Of a stretch of DNA of 64,000 nt, positions 1-9,280 are shown one piece after another. The notes under the pieces were generated by a model. That model was not told the origin of the DNA. It saw nothing but the letters and a program-made list of their open reading frames with translations, and searched no databases. This stretch comes from a virus (lineage: Duplodnaviria > Caudoviricetes). The stretch is taken from IMG/VR virus record IMGVR_UViG_3300011008_002712. One strand, given 5' to 3'. The position numbers and the translations under genes are program-made. Within the stretch, counting starts at the first letter, position 1. Each line of letters starts with the position of its first letter.

Positions 1-410
1 TTAATAATTATATTTTTAGATTCATTATCTACTTGCTTATAAATAGAAATAACATCATCATATCTTCCGAATGAATGGAGATTCAACTTCAAAAGTTTAT
101 GCAACAAATCTGGATTATTCCTGCCAATCGCAATCAACATTGACCTAAAAATGCTTCTTTCTCCAATCCCATCAGAAATATCTCTAGAATATAGAAGCCA
201 ACGAAGAGCATATTCATTATTTTCATCATATGCACCTAAAAACTTCTCATATAATGCTTCAAATTTATGATTCAATGAAAGCTTTCTTAATGATGGAATG
301 CTAAAATTAATGTCAACTAACTTGCTTTTAGATGTTTCATTCATAATAGCGCCATTTTCAGAAAAAATAATGCCTTGATCTTGAAGTTTCGTCATAAAAT
401 CTTTTTTCAT
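1..410 (-). CDS. DUF2828-family protein, N-terminal part (runs off the window edge)
   Basis: Not in the ORF track; manual translation from ATG at 410 with AGGAG RBS gives MKKDF...SENGA...YALRWLLYSRDISDGIGERSIFR...FGRYDD. These match the (T/S)ENGA, RDIxxGxGER and GR(W/Y)DD motifs of DUF2828. No stop before position 1. Confidence 0.75.
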   Translation of the reverse strand, partial: MKKDFMTKLQDQGIIFSENGAIMNETSKSKLVDINFSIPSLRKLSLNHKFEALYEKFLGAYDENNEYALRWLLYSRDISDGIGERSIFRSMLIAIGRNNPDLLHKLLKLNLHSFGRYDDVISIYKQVDNESKNIII

Positions 411-798
411 ATTGATCTCTCCTCATGTGAGACATAAAACAAAAAGCACTGTAAGTGCTTTACTAGATTTATAATAATGTATCAGGCTGTTTGCTCTAGA
501 AGTCAAACGCGTATATGCTGTTTAGAATTAATTTTCTTTATGTTTTATTTGATTTAAATAAATGTAAATAATTTAAATAGCTGTAAAAATCTGAACACAT
601 ATATACAAGCTTTTTGTTTTGATATCTTACTAGATGCAAAATAAACAAAAAAATATACTTTGAACTGTAATTTTTATTCTTATAATATTTTTATAGCAGT
701 TAGCGCATCTCAATATCAATTATATAATAGAATATAAAATGATTTTTTATATTGAAAAACTCCGAAATGCAAAATAATGGAAAAATAGTTGTACAGTA

Positions 799-827
799 TG
801 TACTTTTTAGCATAATTAGTGTAAAAT
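799..827 (+). promoter_or_regulatory. sigma70-like promoter
   Basis: TGTACT-N17-TAAAAT. Confidence 0.5.
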
Positions 828-915
828 AAAACTATAAAGAAACAAGCATCTTTTCATCACGACAAACTTGCCACTTGTCATCAACGCATTACTTTTCTTG
901 TTTCAGATGCAAACT

Positions 916-955
916 GAATGCTAAGGTTATTCTATATAATCTTAGCATTCTTTTT
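916..955 (+). terminator. intrinsic terminator
   Basis: GAATGCTAAG...CTTAGCATTC stem followed by TTTTT. Confidence 0.6.
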
Positions 956-1179
956 ATTTCTAAAAATAAGTTTTTATATTTTGATTATTATAATATTGGG
1001 ATGGGAAAAAGATACAAAACAATAGGGCAAAATAATGGTAAACAAAAAAGTCTCTTCTATTGATGTAGTTGAGACTTTTTTATTTTTCAATCAATTCTAA
1101 CAAAATCTCTATACGTTATTTACATATGCATCATAGTATGTTAAGATCTAATTGGGAGAGTCTAATAAAAAGGAGATAA

Positions 1180-2742
1180 ATGTATATGTCTAATTCGAAC
1201 ATGAAAGATATACAAGAAGCTAGAAATAATTCTGGCAGAAGCAAAGAAATCGAAATGCTGTTTCATGTGGCGATGAATAAAATAAACACGCATATTAAAG
1301 AAAGTAATTTAAATTGTTCGACAAATATCATGTTTGGAGGATTTATTGATGAATTATATGAACCGGTAAGGCTAATATATAAGAAATCTCAAAATATCTT
1401 TATTATCTATTTTTCTTCTCATTTTATGCACAATGATAATGACAAAATACTGAATGTTATTATTAGGTATATCATAACCACAAACAAAAATAACACGTTT
1501 AAGACTATACCTGAGATAAGAGAAGAAATGAAAAAACTTCCCTTTGATACTCATTATGATGTAGCATTCAGAAACAATTATCTTGTATCTGATTCTCCAG
1601 TTACAAATGGAGTGATATGTGAATCTTGCCTGCGCATCTATCATTGTTCAACTGATTCAGATATGTTTAAGCATGTCGAAAATTATAAATGCCAATGTTC
1701 TCCAGATGGGGGCAAATTGGCATTAATTATTAATGGAAAGAAACAAATGGATCCAAAGAAAATGGATTTTTATAAGAATCTAAATTTAGATGATGTTAAT
1801 AAAGCTAAAAAAGAAAGAGAGCTTCATCAAAAAGCACTTGAACAAATGCTGACAGAAGACGATTTTGAAATAGATACATTTAATGAAGAATGTCTTGAAA
1901 TAATCAATAAGATCATTGAAGAAAATCCAAAGGGCGTCAACAGGAAACCAATCAATGAATTTATTGACAAATATGTAGACAATCAAGATTATATGGCAAT
2001 GATAGCGCAAGCATTCCCCCATCAATATTATAATGCATATAGATATTCTGGTTATGAAAACCAGCAAAAAATCATTAATAATCCGATTATGCATCCAAGA
2101 TGGAAAGAATGGGATTTAGAAACAGAAAAACAAAGAGTAGAAGGAAAAATCAAATATGCAGAACGCCAAGCTGCAAAACCACAAAACATAGAAGAAATCA
2201 TAAACAAATTAGATGTTAAGGAATCAACCAAGAAAAACCTCTCGGCAGCTTTAGAAAACAAAGGCAAAAAAATATCTCGTATGAAAGTAGCAGAATATAT
2301 AGAACAAGCTATAGCTACAAAAGATGAAGAATTCATTAATGTTATGAATGATAACTTCTCTGAAATCTATTTAGAAAGCTTTAAACATATGCATAAATCT
2401 GCGAGATATTATCTTTATAATAATTTCGCTCCCAAATCAGAAAACTTTAACGAAGAATTTAAAAAGAAATATCCAGGAGTAATAAATGAAAAAAGAAGCA
2501 TTCCTAAAATAGTGATCGAACGTGATCCAAATGCAGATGCAGCAACAAAATTAAATACATTTATGAGAATGTATAAACGAATTGGAAACAAAGAATTAAT
2601 ACATGAAGTTAATGATGCTGTATTTCGTGAGGACAGTGAATATATCAAAATGCTTCATGAAGCGTTTAAAGAAAGATTTGCAAAAGTACGTCCAGCATTT
2701 AGTAATTCAACTCTTGATTATCTAGACAAAATTGGTTTATAG
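1180..2742 (+). CDS. hypothetical protein: Zn-ribbon (degenerate SprT-like) N-half plus three ~50-aa helical repeats
   Basis: 520 aa, AAGGAG RBS. CESC...CQC..GGKL Zn ribbon, no HExxH. C-terminal repeats are shared with 8696..9181; ends GL. Confidence 0.8.
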   Translation: MYMSNSNMKDIQEARNNSGRSKEIEMLFHVAMNKINTHIKESNLNCSTNIMFGGFIDELYEPVRLIYKKSQNIFIIYFSSHFMHNDNDKILNVIIRYIITTNKNNTFKTIPEIREEMKKLPFDTHYDVAFRNNYLVSDSPVTNGVICESCLRIYHCSTDSDMFKHVENYKCQCSPDGGKLALIINGKKQMDPKKMDFYKNLNLDDVNKAKKERELHQKALEQMLTEDDFEIDTFNEECLEIINKIIEENPKGVNRKPINEFIDKYVDNQDYMAMIAQAFPHQYYNAYRYSGYENQQKIINNPIMHPRWKEWDLETEKQRVEGKIKYAERQAAKPQNIEEIINKLDVKESTKKNLSAALENKGKKISRMKVAEYIEQAIATKDEEFINVMNDNFSEIYLESFKHMHKSARYYLYNNFAPKSENFNEEFKKKYPGVINEKRSIPKIVIERDPNADAATKLNTFMRMYKRIGNKELIHEVNDAVFREDSEYIKMLHEAFKERFAKVRPAFSNSTLDYLDKIGL

Positions 2743-2751
2743 GAGGAGAAC

Positions 2752-3357
2752 ATGGAAATTGGCAGGTTTTGTTATGATGGAGAATTATCTAATTTGTTTT
2801 ATGACAAACAATTAAGAATTAAAAATAATGGAATAACACACAACAAAATCTGCCAAGTCTTGACAGAACCAAGATATAATCTATATATGACAAAAAAAGA
2901 TGACTGCTATATTCTTACAAGTCGTAAATATGAAGATACATTTGCTAGCATATATATGAATTTTTATGAAAGCAAATATTGCGATTCTTCTTATAAAGAA
3001 ATATCTTTAGCTAGAAATATGATGAATTTTTATTTGATGGTACTTGGTGATTATGTACATAATATAAAAAATTCATTAGCATTAGGCATGATAGAAGATA
3101 AAGAAATAAAAATCAGTTTTAATAGAATAATGGTCGGAAATGAAAAGATGAATTGTCACAAAATTAAATCAATGATAGATCTGAATGATAAGATTGAAAT
3201 CTTTTATAAGAAAAACATTCATTCTTGCATGGTAGGAGATTATTATTGCGTATTTGGTGAAAAAGTTAAAATAATAGGCGGTTCTAATAACAAACTAATG
3301 GCTATTGCAAAAATGATATATAATGTTATGTTAATCTTGAAAGGTAATTTTAAATGA
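2752..3357 (+). CDS. hypothetical protein (paralogue of next ORF)
   Basis: AGGAGG RBS; N-terminus IGRFCYDGELSNLFYD resembles IGALFDGELANILFD of 3354..3842. Confidence 0.8.
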   Translation: MEIGRFCYDGELSNLFYDKQLRIKNNGITHNKICQVLTEPRYNLYMTKKDDCYILTSRKYEDTFASIYMNFYESKYCDSSYKEISLARNMMNFYLMVLGDYVHNIKNSLALGMIEDKEIKISFNRIMVGNEKMNCHKIKSMIDLNDKIEIFYKKNIHSCMVGDYYCVFGEKVKIIGGSNNKLMAIAKMIYNVMLILKGNFK

Positions 3358-3842
3358 AGCAGATTGGGGCACTTTTTGATGGAGAGCTTGCAAATATTCT
3401 CTTCGACGGAAGAAACATTATATGTGTACCAGACTATTCAAATGAATTTATTGCAAACATGTTTTTGCATCCATTCGATGAACTTGAGATAGAAACATAT
3501 ACATATGATGAAAGAATTTCAGTTAACCTAATAAGCGATGTATATGATGGTTTTTTCATTAAATTTTTTACTGAAAGAATTTTTACAAAATATGCTGATG
3601 AAAAATATGTGTTTTATGATTGCATTAACGAGTTATTGGAAATGGTCTATAGATTGTTTATTAATGATTCTATAAATTTCGAAATAGAAGAAATAAAAGA
3701 AACAAAACGTTTCTGTTCTATTATCATAAGAGATTCCAATACTTTTGTTCGTAGTAGCAGAAATGAAAGTTATATAGATTCATTAGAAAATGCGATATAC
3801 AAACTTGTAAATTACTATTACAATGTCACATTTAAGAAATAA
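3354..3842 (+). CDS. hypothetical protein (paralogue of previous ORF)
   Basis: ATGA-type overlap with previous ORF; shared DGEL.N motif. Confidence 0.8.
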   Translation: MKQIGALFDGELANILFDGRNIICVPDYSNEFIANMFLHPFDELEIETYTYDERISVNLISDVYDGFFIKFFTERIFTKYADEKYVFYDCINELLEMVYRLFINDSINFEIEEIKETKRFCSIIIRDSNTFVRSSRNESYIDSLENAIYKLVNYYYNVTFKK

Positions 3843-3963
3843 AATAAATCGTGTTAGAAATGTTCCCATTGTTCTTTGAAGTAGTTAGAGCTTCGGCTAT
3901 GATGAATGCATTTGTTCAGTGCAGGAACATCCAGAAAGCATTTTTATGCTAGAAGAGTGCAGC

Positions 3964-3991
3964 AAAGGCTAGACTTGATTCTAGCCTTTTT
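3964..3991 (+). terminator. intrinsic terminator
   Basis: AAAGGCTAGA-CTTGAT-TCTAGCCTTT followed by T run. Confidence 0.7.
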
Positions 3992-4052
3992 GTTATTAAC
4001 TATTTACAAATAATTTTCTTATGATAAAATAGTAAAAAAAGGAGGATGAAAG

Positions 4053-4514
4053 ATGAAAAGAATATGTTTGTTAGTTTTTTCAATTATGTGTTTTTTCAAT
4101 GTATGTTCTGCACAAGAACCTGCTCCATTTCATGACACTTGGACCATGAGAGAATACTATAAGGAAATAAATAACTATTTATCTCATTTAAAAATCACTG
4201 GATGTTATTTCTATGATGTAGTAAATGGATTAGAAACATATACAGCAATATTTGATAAAAATCCAGATAACATTTTGCTAATTGGTATGATGGATGGGAA
4301 AATAGTACAAATTGTATCGTCCGATGAAAATGAGATGCAATTAAATGATAAAATCTTGGCTACCTTGAATATGTTCGGTGCAAATGCAAAAGAAAAAGAT
4401 TTAATGCTTGCAAAGAAAAATGGAGCAATAATGATCAAAGGGAATGACAGAGATTTTATCATAAGATACGAAAAACAAGACATTCCAACATATATCATTT
4501 ATGCTGCAAAATAA
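4053..4514 (+). CDS. putative secreted protein
   Basis: Signal-peptide-like MKRICLLVFSIMCFFNVCSA; GGAGG RBS; own promoter at 4003..4030 and terminator at ~4521..4551. Confidence 0.8.
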   Translation: MKRICLLVFSIMCFFNVCSAQEPAPFHDTWTMREYYKEINNYLSHLKITGCYFYDVVNGLETYTAIFDKNPDNILLIGMMDGKIVQIVSSDENEMQLNDKILATLNMFGANAKEKDLMLAKKNGAIMIKGNDRDFIIRYEKQDIPTYIIYAAK

Positions 4515-4608
4515 AAAACTAGGCATAGCAAATTTTACGCTATGCCTTTTTAATTTTTGTGTACAATGCTATTTACTTTTGATACAATGAAATCAAAGGA
4601 GTGATTTC

Positions 4609-5100
4609 ATGAAAAAATTGTTGATTGTATTGTTATTCATACCCAATATTTGCTTTGCTATTCCAGTCACAGATATGTCAATAGGAAAATTTATGCATGA
4701 ATTTAATACATGCATTTTGTCAATAACAAATAACAACATTCATGTAACTGGTTTTCATTATTTTTCTAAATTAAATGGACAAGATGTCTATAAAGTAAAA
4801 TTCAACAATAACATAAATTCTAGAATGTATGTATGCTTAAAAAACAATCAAATACAACAATTGCTTTTTATTAATGAGCAATATAATGATGAAGCTCTTA
4901 GACACGCGATAATCAAAGTAAAAGCTTCTCTAATTGCTTTAGGAATCTCACCAGAATCATCTATGAATACAATCACCAAATGTGTAAAAAAAGATGATGG
5001 AAGGGTATATTCGTTTTCAAAACAAGAAAACAGGTTATTGCTTATAGCAGTAGACGACAATGACAAAGAGATTAATTTCCATATATTGGGAGATGAATAA
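4609..5100 (+). CDS. putative secreted protein (paralogue of 4053..4514)
   Basis: Signal-peptide-like MKKLLIVLLFIPNICFA; VTGFHYFSKLNG aligns with ITGCYFYDVVNG. Confidence 0.8.
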   Translation: MKKLLIVLLFIPNICFAIPVTDMSIGKFMHEFNTCILSITNNNIHVTGFHYFSKLNGQDVYKVKFNNNINSRMYVCLKNNQIQQLLFINEQYNDEALRHAIIKVKASLIALGISPESSMNTITKCVKKDDGRVYSFSKQENRLLLIAVDDNDKEINFHILGDE

Positions 5101-5106
5101 TTTTTA

Positions 5107-5736
5107 ATGAATTACGAAGGTATAAAATATTTTGATGAAAAATTCAATCATAAACATGCAGAGCAAATGATACGAACAATCTTTAATGATTTTTCCTTAA
5201 AACCATCAAAAATAGAAAGTGCTCGTACTTGGAATAACTTCTTTATGAATCATGATAGCATGCATAAACTCGCATTCAAAGGAGCATATGTTCCAGACGG
5301 ATTGAAAGTCATTACAAATGATTTGATTTCTCTAATAGAAGAAATAATTGTAGAAAGCTATAAAAAGAATGTTACATTTTTAATACCAATATACGAAAAT
5401 GTTGCGAAAAGCATGATTCAGTCATCTACTGATTCATTTGCTGCAGCTAATTTATATGTCATGGACATGATAAGTTTTGATTATTGTTTAGCTGTTGATT
5501 TTTCAAAAGAAAAGTACATCAAAGTAATTGATGCTATTTTGACTAATCTAGTATCATTATGCTTGATATATAGAATTAGAAATAAAATTTTCAATATATC
5601 TGAAAGTACATTCACACGTAATATTCAATTACTATTGCATAACGGATATATGCAAGAGAAAGTCATTTTGCCATTTGATAAAATAAGTGACCTAGAAATA
5701 GATGATATATATGAAGAATATGATAAGAAGTATTGA
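5107..5736 (+). CDS. hypothetical protein
   Basis: 209-aa ORF in operon order. Confidence 0.7.
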   Translation: MNYEGIKYFDEKFNHKHAEQMIRTIFNDFSLKPSKIESARTWNNFFMNHDSMHKLAFKGAYVPDGLKVITNDLISLIEEIIVESYKKNVTFLIPIYENVAKSMIQSSTDSFAAANLYVMDMISFDYCLAVDFSKEKYIKVIDAILTNLVSLCLIYRIRNKIFNISESTFTRNIQLLLHNGYMQEKVILPFDKISDLEIDDIYEEYDKKY

Positions 5737-5774
5737 AAAATAGTTATTCAAATAAAAAAATTTCAATTTAGCTA

Positions 5775-5803
5775 TTTACTTTCTAAGAATTCTATGGTAG
5801 AAT
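5775..5803 (+). promoter_or_regulatory. tandem promoter P1
   Basis: AAAAAATTTCAA UP-like tract, TTTACT-N17-TAGAAT, extended TG. Confidence 0.75.
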
Positions 5804-5871
5804 AAATTCAAGAGGTAAACAAATAGAGATGAAAGGAAGTGGTGAACAAACAAAAAATTTCAAAAAAACTA

Positions 5872-5900
5872 TTTACAAACGCTGAAGACTATGGTATAAT
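5872..5900 (+). promoter_or_regulatory. tandem promoter P2
   Basis: AAAAAATTTCAAAAAAA UP-like tract, TTTACA-N17-TATAAT, extended TG. Confidence 0.85.
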
Positions 5901-5927
5901 ACAATCAAGAAGTGAATAAAAAAGTCG

Positions 5928-6053
5928 CAGGAATTTTGTGTAAGCACCTCACGTTTGGCATTCCAGATGCTGTGAGTTCCGATAGCAACGGAAACAACGA
6001 ATGCCCTCTTGTCTGGAGAGAGAACCTCAAATGGCAGCGGCGGTGAAGTCCTG
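5928..6053 (+). ncRNA. putative structured non-coding RNA domain
   Basis: GC-richer than flanks. CAGGA/TCCTG closing helix, three internal hairpins, complementary TCCAGA (5962) and TCTGGA (6012). Confidence 0.45.
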
Positions 6054-6102
6054 AAGGTGGATGAGTAACCTAAAAACTTCTAAAAAAATTTCAAAAAAAC
6101 TA

Positions 6103-6131
6103 TTTACAAACACAGAAGACTATGGTATAAT
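6103..6131 (+). promoter_or_regulatory. tandem promoter P3 (near-identical to P2)
   Basis: ~50-bp direct repeat of the P2 cassette; TTTACA-N17-TATAAT. Confidence 0.85.
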
Positions 6132-6671
6132 AAATACAAGAGGTAAGGAAAGGAGTGGATTATCTTCTAAAACAAAAACACACATCATAAAGATAAATTA
6201 GAAAATACTGGAGAGATAAAAACAATGAAAATGATGAATCGATACTTACTTTAGACCTCCAGAGAGGGCATAAACTGGAAATCAAACGAGCCCATTCTAA
6301 AAAATATTGAAAGGAGTAATTAACTTGTAGCAATATTCTGGAACTCCAGTGGCTTGGCTGGAAATCAAATCTTGACCACACTAAAAATAAAAATAAGGCG
6401 CATAGAAAGGAATATGTGCGGAATGGAGGAATTAAACATAGAGCTAAAATTGTTGTGCAACCGACACACATGAGGTTGCTGAGGCGCTAAAGCGTAGGCC
6501 TGAGGCTCCTGTGCACGGGAGTGGATTTACAGAATTTCTCAGGAACCGGGTTTGTGGAAGGGCCCATTACATTTTATAAAATAAAAATGAAAGAAGGTGA
6601 TTGAGTTGGCAACAAAGAAGTAGATTGGTTTATATCAAACATTGTATAAAGGAAAAATGCAGGCGAAAAAG

Positions 6672-6710
6672 AAGCAGCGGCTAAGATGATTGAAGATTGC
6701 CGCTGCTTTA
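6672..6710. terminator. probable bidirectional terminator
   Basis: AAGCAGCGGC...GCCGCTGCTT stem between convergent transcription units. Confidence 0.7.
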
Positions 6711-6711
6711 A

Positions 6712-6942
6712 TTATGAAAGATATTTATTGAACAAATTTCTGATTATCGGGATGTATGTTTCTGAATCGGTTTCAATGCTTCTTGGAAGAAATAATTCAA
6801 ATGACTTATCATCTTGATCTTGGACGTTTTTCTTTTGTTTAGTTTGTTCTTTGTTTTTATATTGATTATTGTATCTATTGTGATTAAGAAAAATAGGAGA
6901 AACGGGTTGCACTTTTAAATCATTCATTGTCTCCACTCTCAC
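6712..6942 (-). CDS. hypothetical protein
   Basis: ORF downstream of 6920..7252; start may be the internal Met. Confidence 0.55.
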   Translation of the reverse strand: MRVETMNDLKVQPVSPIFLNHNRYNNQYKNKEQTKQKKNVQDQDDKSFELFLPRSIETDSETYIPIIRNLFNKYLS

Positions 6943-7252
6943 ATGTTTCTTTAAAATCTTTTGCTATATTGCTCCAACCAGATTGAAAATTACTTAGATT
7001 GGTAAAATTATATTCTTGATTGTATTGATTGTTATTACCGTCTGTATATGTCATGTACATATTAAAGTTTTGATCGTTATCAACTGGAAGCAATTTTTTG
7101 TCTGGTCCAGTAGTTAAAATCATTTCTAAATTCCCATCTTTTTTATAATAAACATCAATGGAATTTACTGTTTTTGCAAAGAATCCAACGCTCTCCATAT
7201 ATTGCTTAATTTCTGGATTTTCGTTAAATGCTAATTTTTTTAATCGTTTCAA
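6920..7252 (-). CDS. hypothetical protein with N-terminal KRLKK motif
   Basis: AAGGAAG RBS, TTG start. Confidence 0.7.
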   Translation of the reverse strand: MKRLKKLAFNENPEIKQYMESVGFFAKTVNSIDVYYKKDGNLEMILTTGPDKKLLPVDNDQNFNMYMTYTDGNNNQYNQEYNFTNLSNFQSGWSNIAKDFKETCESGDNE

Positions 7253-7440
7253 TTTATCACTTCCTTAAAATATGTACCTTTATAAAAAAAATAAAAAATG
7301 TAAATTAGAACATAACAATGTCTATGAGATAGCAACTACTAGTAGTTGTCAACCATTATTATATATATTTTTCTTTGTTTGCTTGTTTTTATAAATTATT
7401 TCATAATGAAATGCCATTGCAAAATAAAGGAGTTGAAAAT

Positions 7441-8559
7441 ATGAGAAACACGGAATATTTAATAAAACCAGTAATTGAACATATGCAAACTCATTTAGAC
7501 ATGGATGGTAAATATACACATGGAAATATTACTTATTTTTACAGTAACATGATGTCTAATAAATTAGATTATGGATTAAACATACCGAAGCGTAAAAATG
7601 ATATTGTATATATTTACGAAATTGCAAGTTTCGATATCAAAAACATGTTTTGCCAAAAAGGACTTTATCAACTTTTCATCAAAGAAAAAGATAACTATAT
7701 CAAAAATACATTTCAATTTCATCAATTTCGAGTTGTGGATTATTTTAAAGAGTCAATCTGGTATTATAATGCAAATAAATCTGAACCAAGTCAAAAGTTG
7801 TATACAAAAATAAAGAATTTTTTAGATTCAGATAATGATGAACAAGTTTTTCATGATTATAAAAATAAAATTCATTCTTATATCAAGAAATTTGAAAATT
7901 GCTATTTGACAATTCAAATCAATAAATCAAATCATGTTGGAGAACTCCCAATTTTCTATATTAACTATTTTTTAATTACTCCATTTTTTACATTGAAATT
8001 GACAGAAAATGAAGTTTGGAAAATGTTTAAATTTGATAAAAGGATCAAAGAAATTGTTTTTAATACTGTTGCGCGACCAAATTACAGGAACAAAGAGATT
8101 GTTTCATACTTGCTAGGGAATGATAAATCTTATTTTTTAGATCCAATTAATGTATGTCAAGAAAGAAAAACATATTTTAAAAACATGCGTGATAAAAAAT
8201 GCGTTACTTATGTAGACAACAAATTATGCAAAGACGAAATCGCCGAATTGATGAATGATTTTATATATGCAACTTGCAGAGGAAAAACTATGGAGAAACT
8301 CATAGAGCCTCTAGATAGTTTCAAAGATTATTCAAAATATGAAAATGATTTAGGCGCAGTTGTAGAAACAAGAAATTTCAACTACTATTTTTTGAATACA
8401 CAATTTGGAATGATGCCATTAAAATTTTTATATTCAAAGATATTTGATTATGAGGATTTTAATGAAGAAAAAGTAAACAAATACGATAACATTATCAAAC
8501 AACTTGAAGTTATGTACGAAAAGAGGAAAAAGTTAGAAAAAATTCTAATGGAGAAATGA
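7441..8559 (+). CDS. hypothetical protein
   Basis: Long ORF; AAGGAG RBS supports ATG at 7441. Confidence 0.8.
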   Translation: MRNTEYLIKPVIEHMQTHLDMDGKYTHGNITYFYSNMMSNKLDYGLNIPKRKNDIVYIYEIASFDIKNMFCQKGLYQLFIKEKDNYIKNTFQFHQFRVVDYFKESIWYYNANKSEPSQKLYTKIKNFLDSDNDEQVFHDYKNKIHSYIKKFENCYLTIQINKSNHVGELPIFYINYFLITPFFTLKLTENEVWKMFKFDKRIKEIVFNTVARPNYRNKEIVSYLLGNDKSYFLDPINVCQERKTYFKNMRDKKCVTYVDNKLCKDEIAELMNDFIYATCRGKTMEKLIEPLDSFKDYSKYENDLGAVVETRNFNYYFLNTQFGMMPLKFLYSKIFDYEDFNEEKVNKYDNIIKQLEVMYEKRKKLEKILMEK

Positions 8560-8593
8560 TTAACAAATTTTTACAAAATTATTCCAAAATATA

Positions 8594-8622
8594 TTTACAT
8601 TTTCGCAATTATTTGTTAGAAT
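8594..8622 (+). promoter_or_regulatory. sigma70-like promoter
   Basis: TTTACA-N17-TAGAAT. Confidence 0.75.
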
Positions 8623-8695
8623 AAAAATCAAATAAGAGCATCTGCTCTTTATCGTGCACGAAAGAAATATGATGAAAGAAAGAGAGGAAAAGAAG

Positions 8696-9181
8696 ATGAT
8701 TACAAAAGAAGAATTAAAAAACTACATTGAAGAGGGACGCCATGGCGTAACAAAGCACCAGATGATTCCGGCAATCAACAACTATAAGGACAATGAAGAT
8801 GTCATCAAAGCATTACAAAAAGAATATCCTAATACTTTCAAGACATCTTTGCGCTATTGTAAAAAAGGAGCACGTGATGCCTGCATCCAAATTTTTGGAG
8901 AGGATATCAGCAAGACGTCGCCGGAAGAGATCCAGCTGATCAACGATCTCAAGCCAAACCGCAAAGGGATTTCGATGAATCAAATCATCGGCTATGTTGA
9001 AAGTGCTGTGGATGAAGGAAAATTTGATAAGGTTTTGCAAGTGCAAAAGTTTTTCCCAGAATATTATCTCAGAAGCGTGAGATATATCAAGAAACCAACA
9101 CTGGAAAAAATAAGAGCATTTGCAGTTGCGGCAAAATCCACAAAAGATTCCGAAGTTATTGCTGAGGCAGTTACAGCATAA
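8696..9181 (+). CDS. two-repeat helical protein homologous to the C-terminal repeats of 1180..2742
   Basis: GAGAGG RBS; GC-richer codons; own promoter and terminator (~9203..9229). Confidence 0.8.
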   Translation: MITKEELKNYIEEGRHGVTKHQMIPAINNYKDNEDVIKALQKEYPNTFKTSLRYCKKGARDACIQIFGEDISKTSPEEIQLINDLKPNRKGISMNQIIGYVESAVDEGKFDKVLQVQKFFPEYYLRSVRYIKKPTLEKIRAFAVAAKSTKDSEVIAEAVTA

Positions 9182-9280
9182 ACTTCATTTCAAAAAAAAT
9201 TTAAGGGGCTGATTCTTTCAGCCCTTTTGACATATTCATAGAAATGATTTTCATGCTAGAATAAGCATGGAGGTGTTTCT

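Noticed and set aside
875-1063. 62-aa ORF
   Set aside because: TTG start without RBS, and it crosses a terminator hairpin.
3861-3960. Hammerhead ribozyme or IS200/IS605 end
   Set aside because: No CUGANGA core; no tnpA/tnpB nearby.
5107-5736. Fic/Doc domain
   Set aside because: Only a vague LLLHNGY resemblance; HPFxxGNGR is absent.
5750-6160. CRISPR or mini-array
   Set aside because: The repeats are -35/-10 promoter cassettes with unequal spacing.
6160-6471. 103-aa minus-strand ORF
   Set aside because: No RBS, atypical composition, antisense to the strong promoters.
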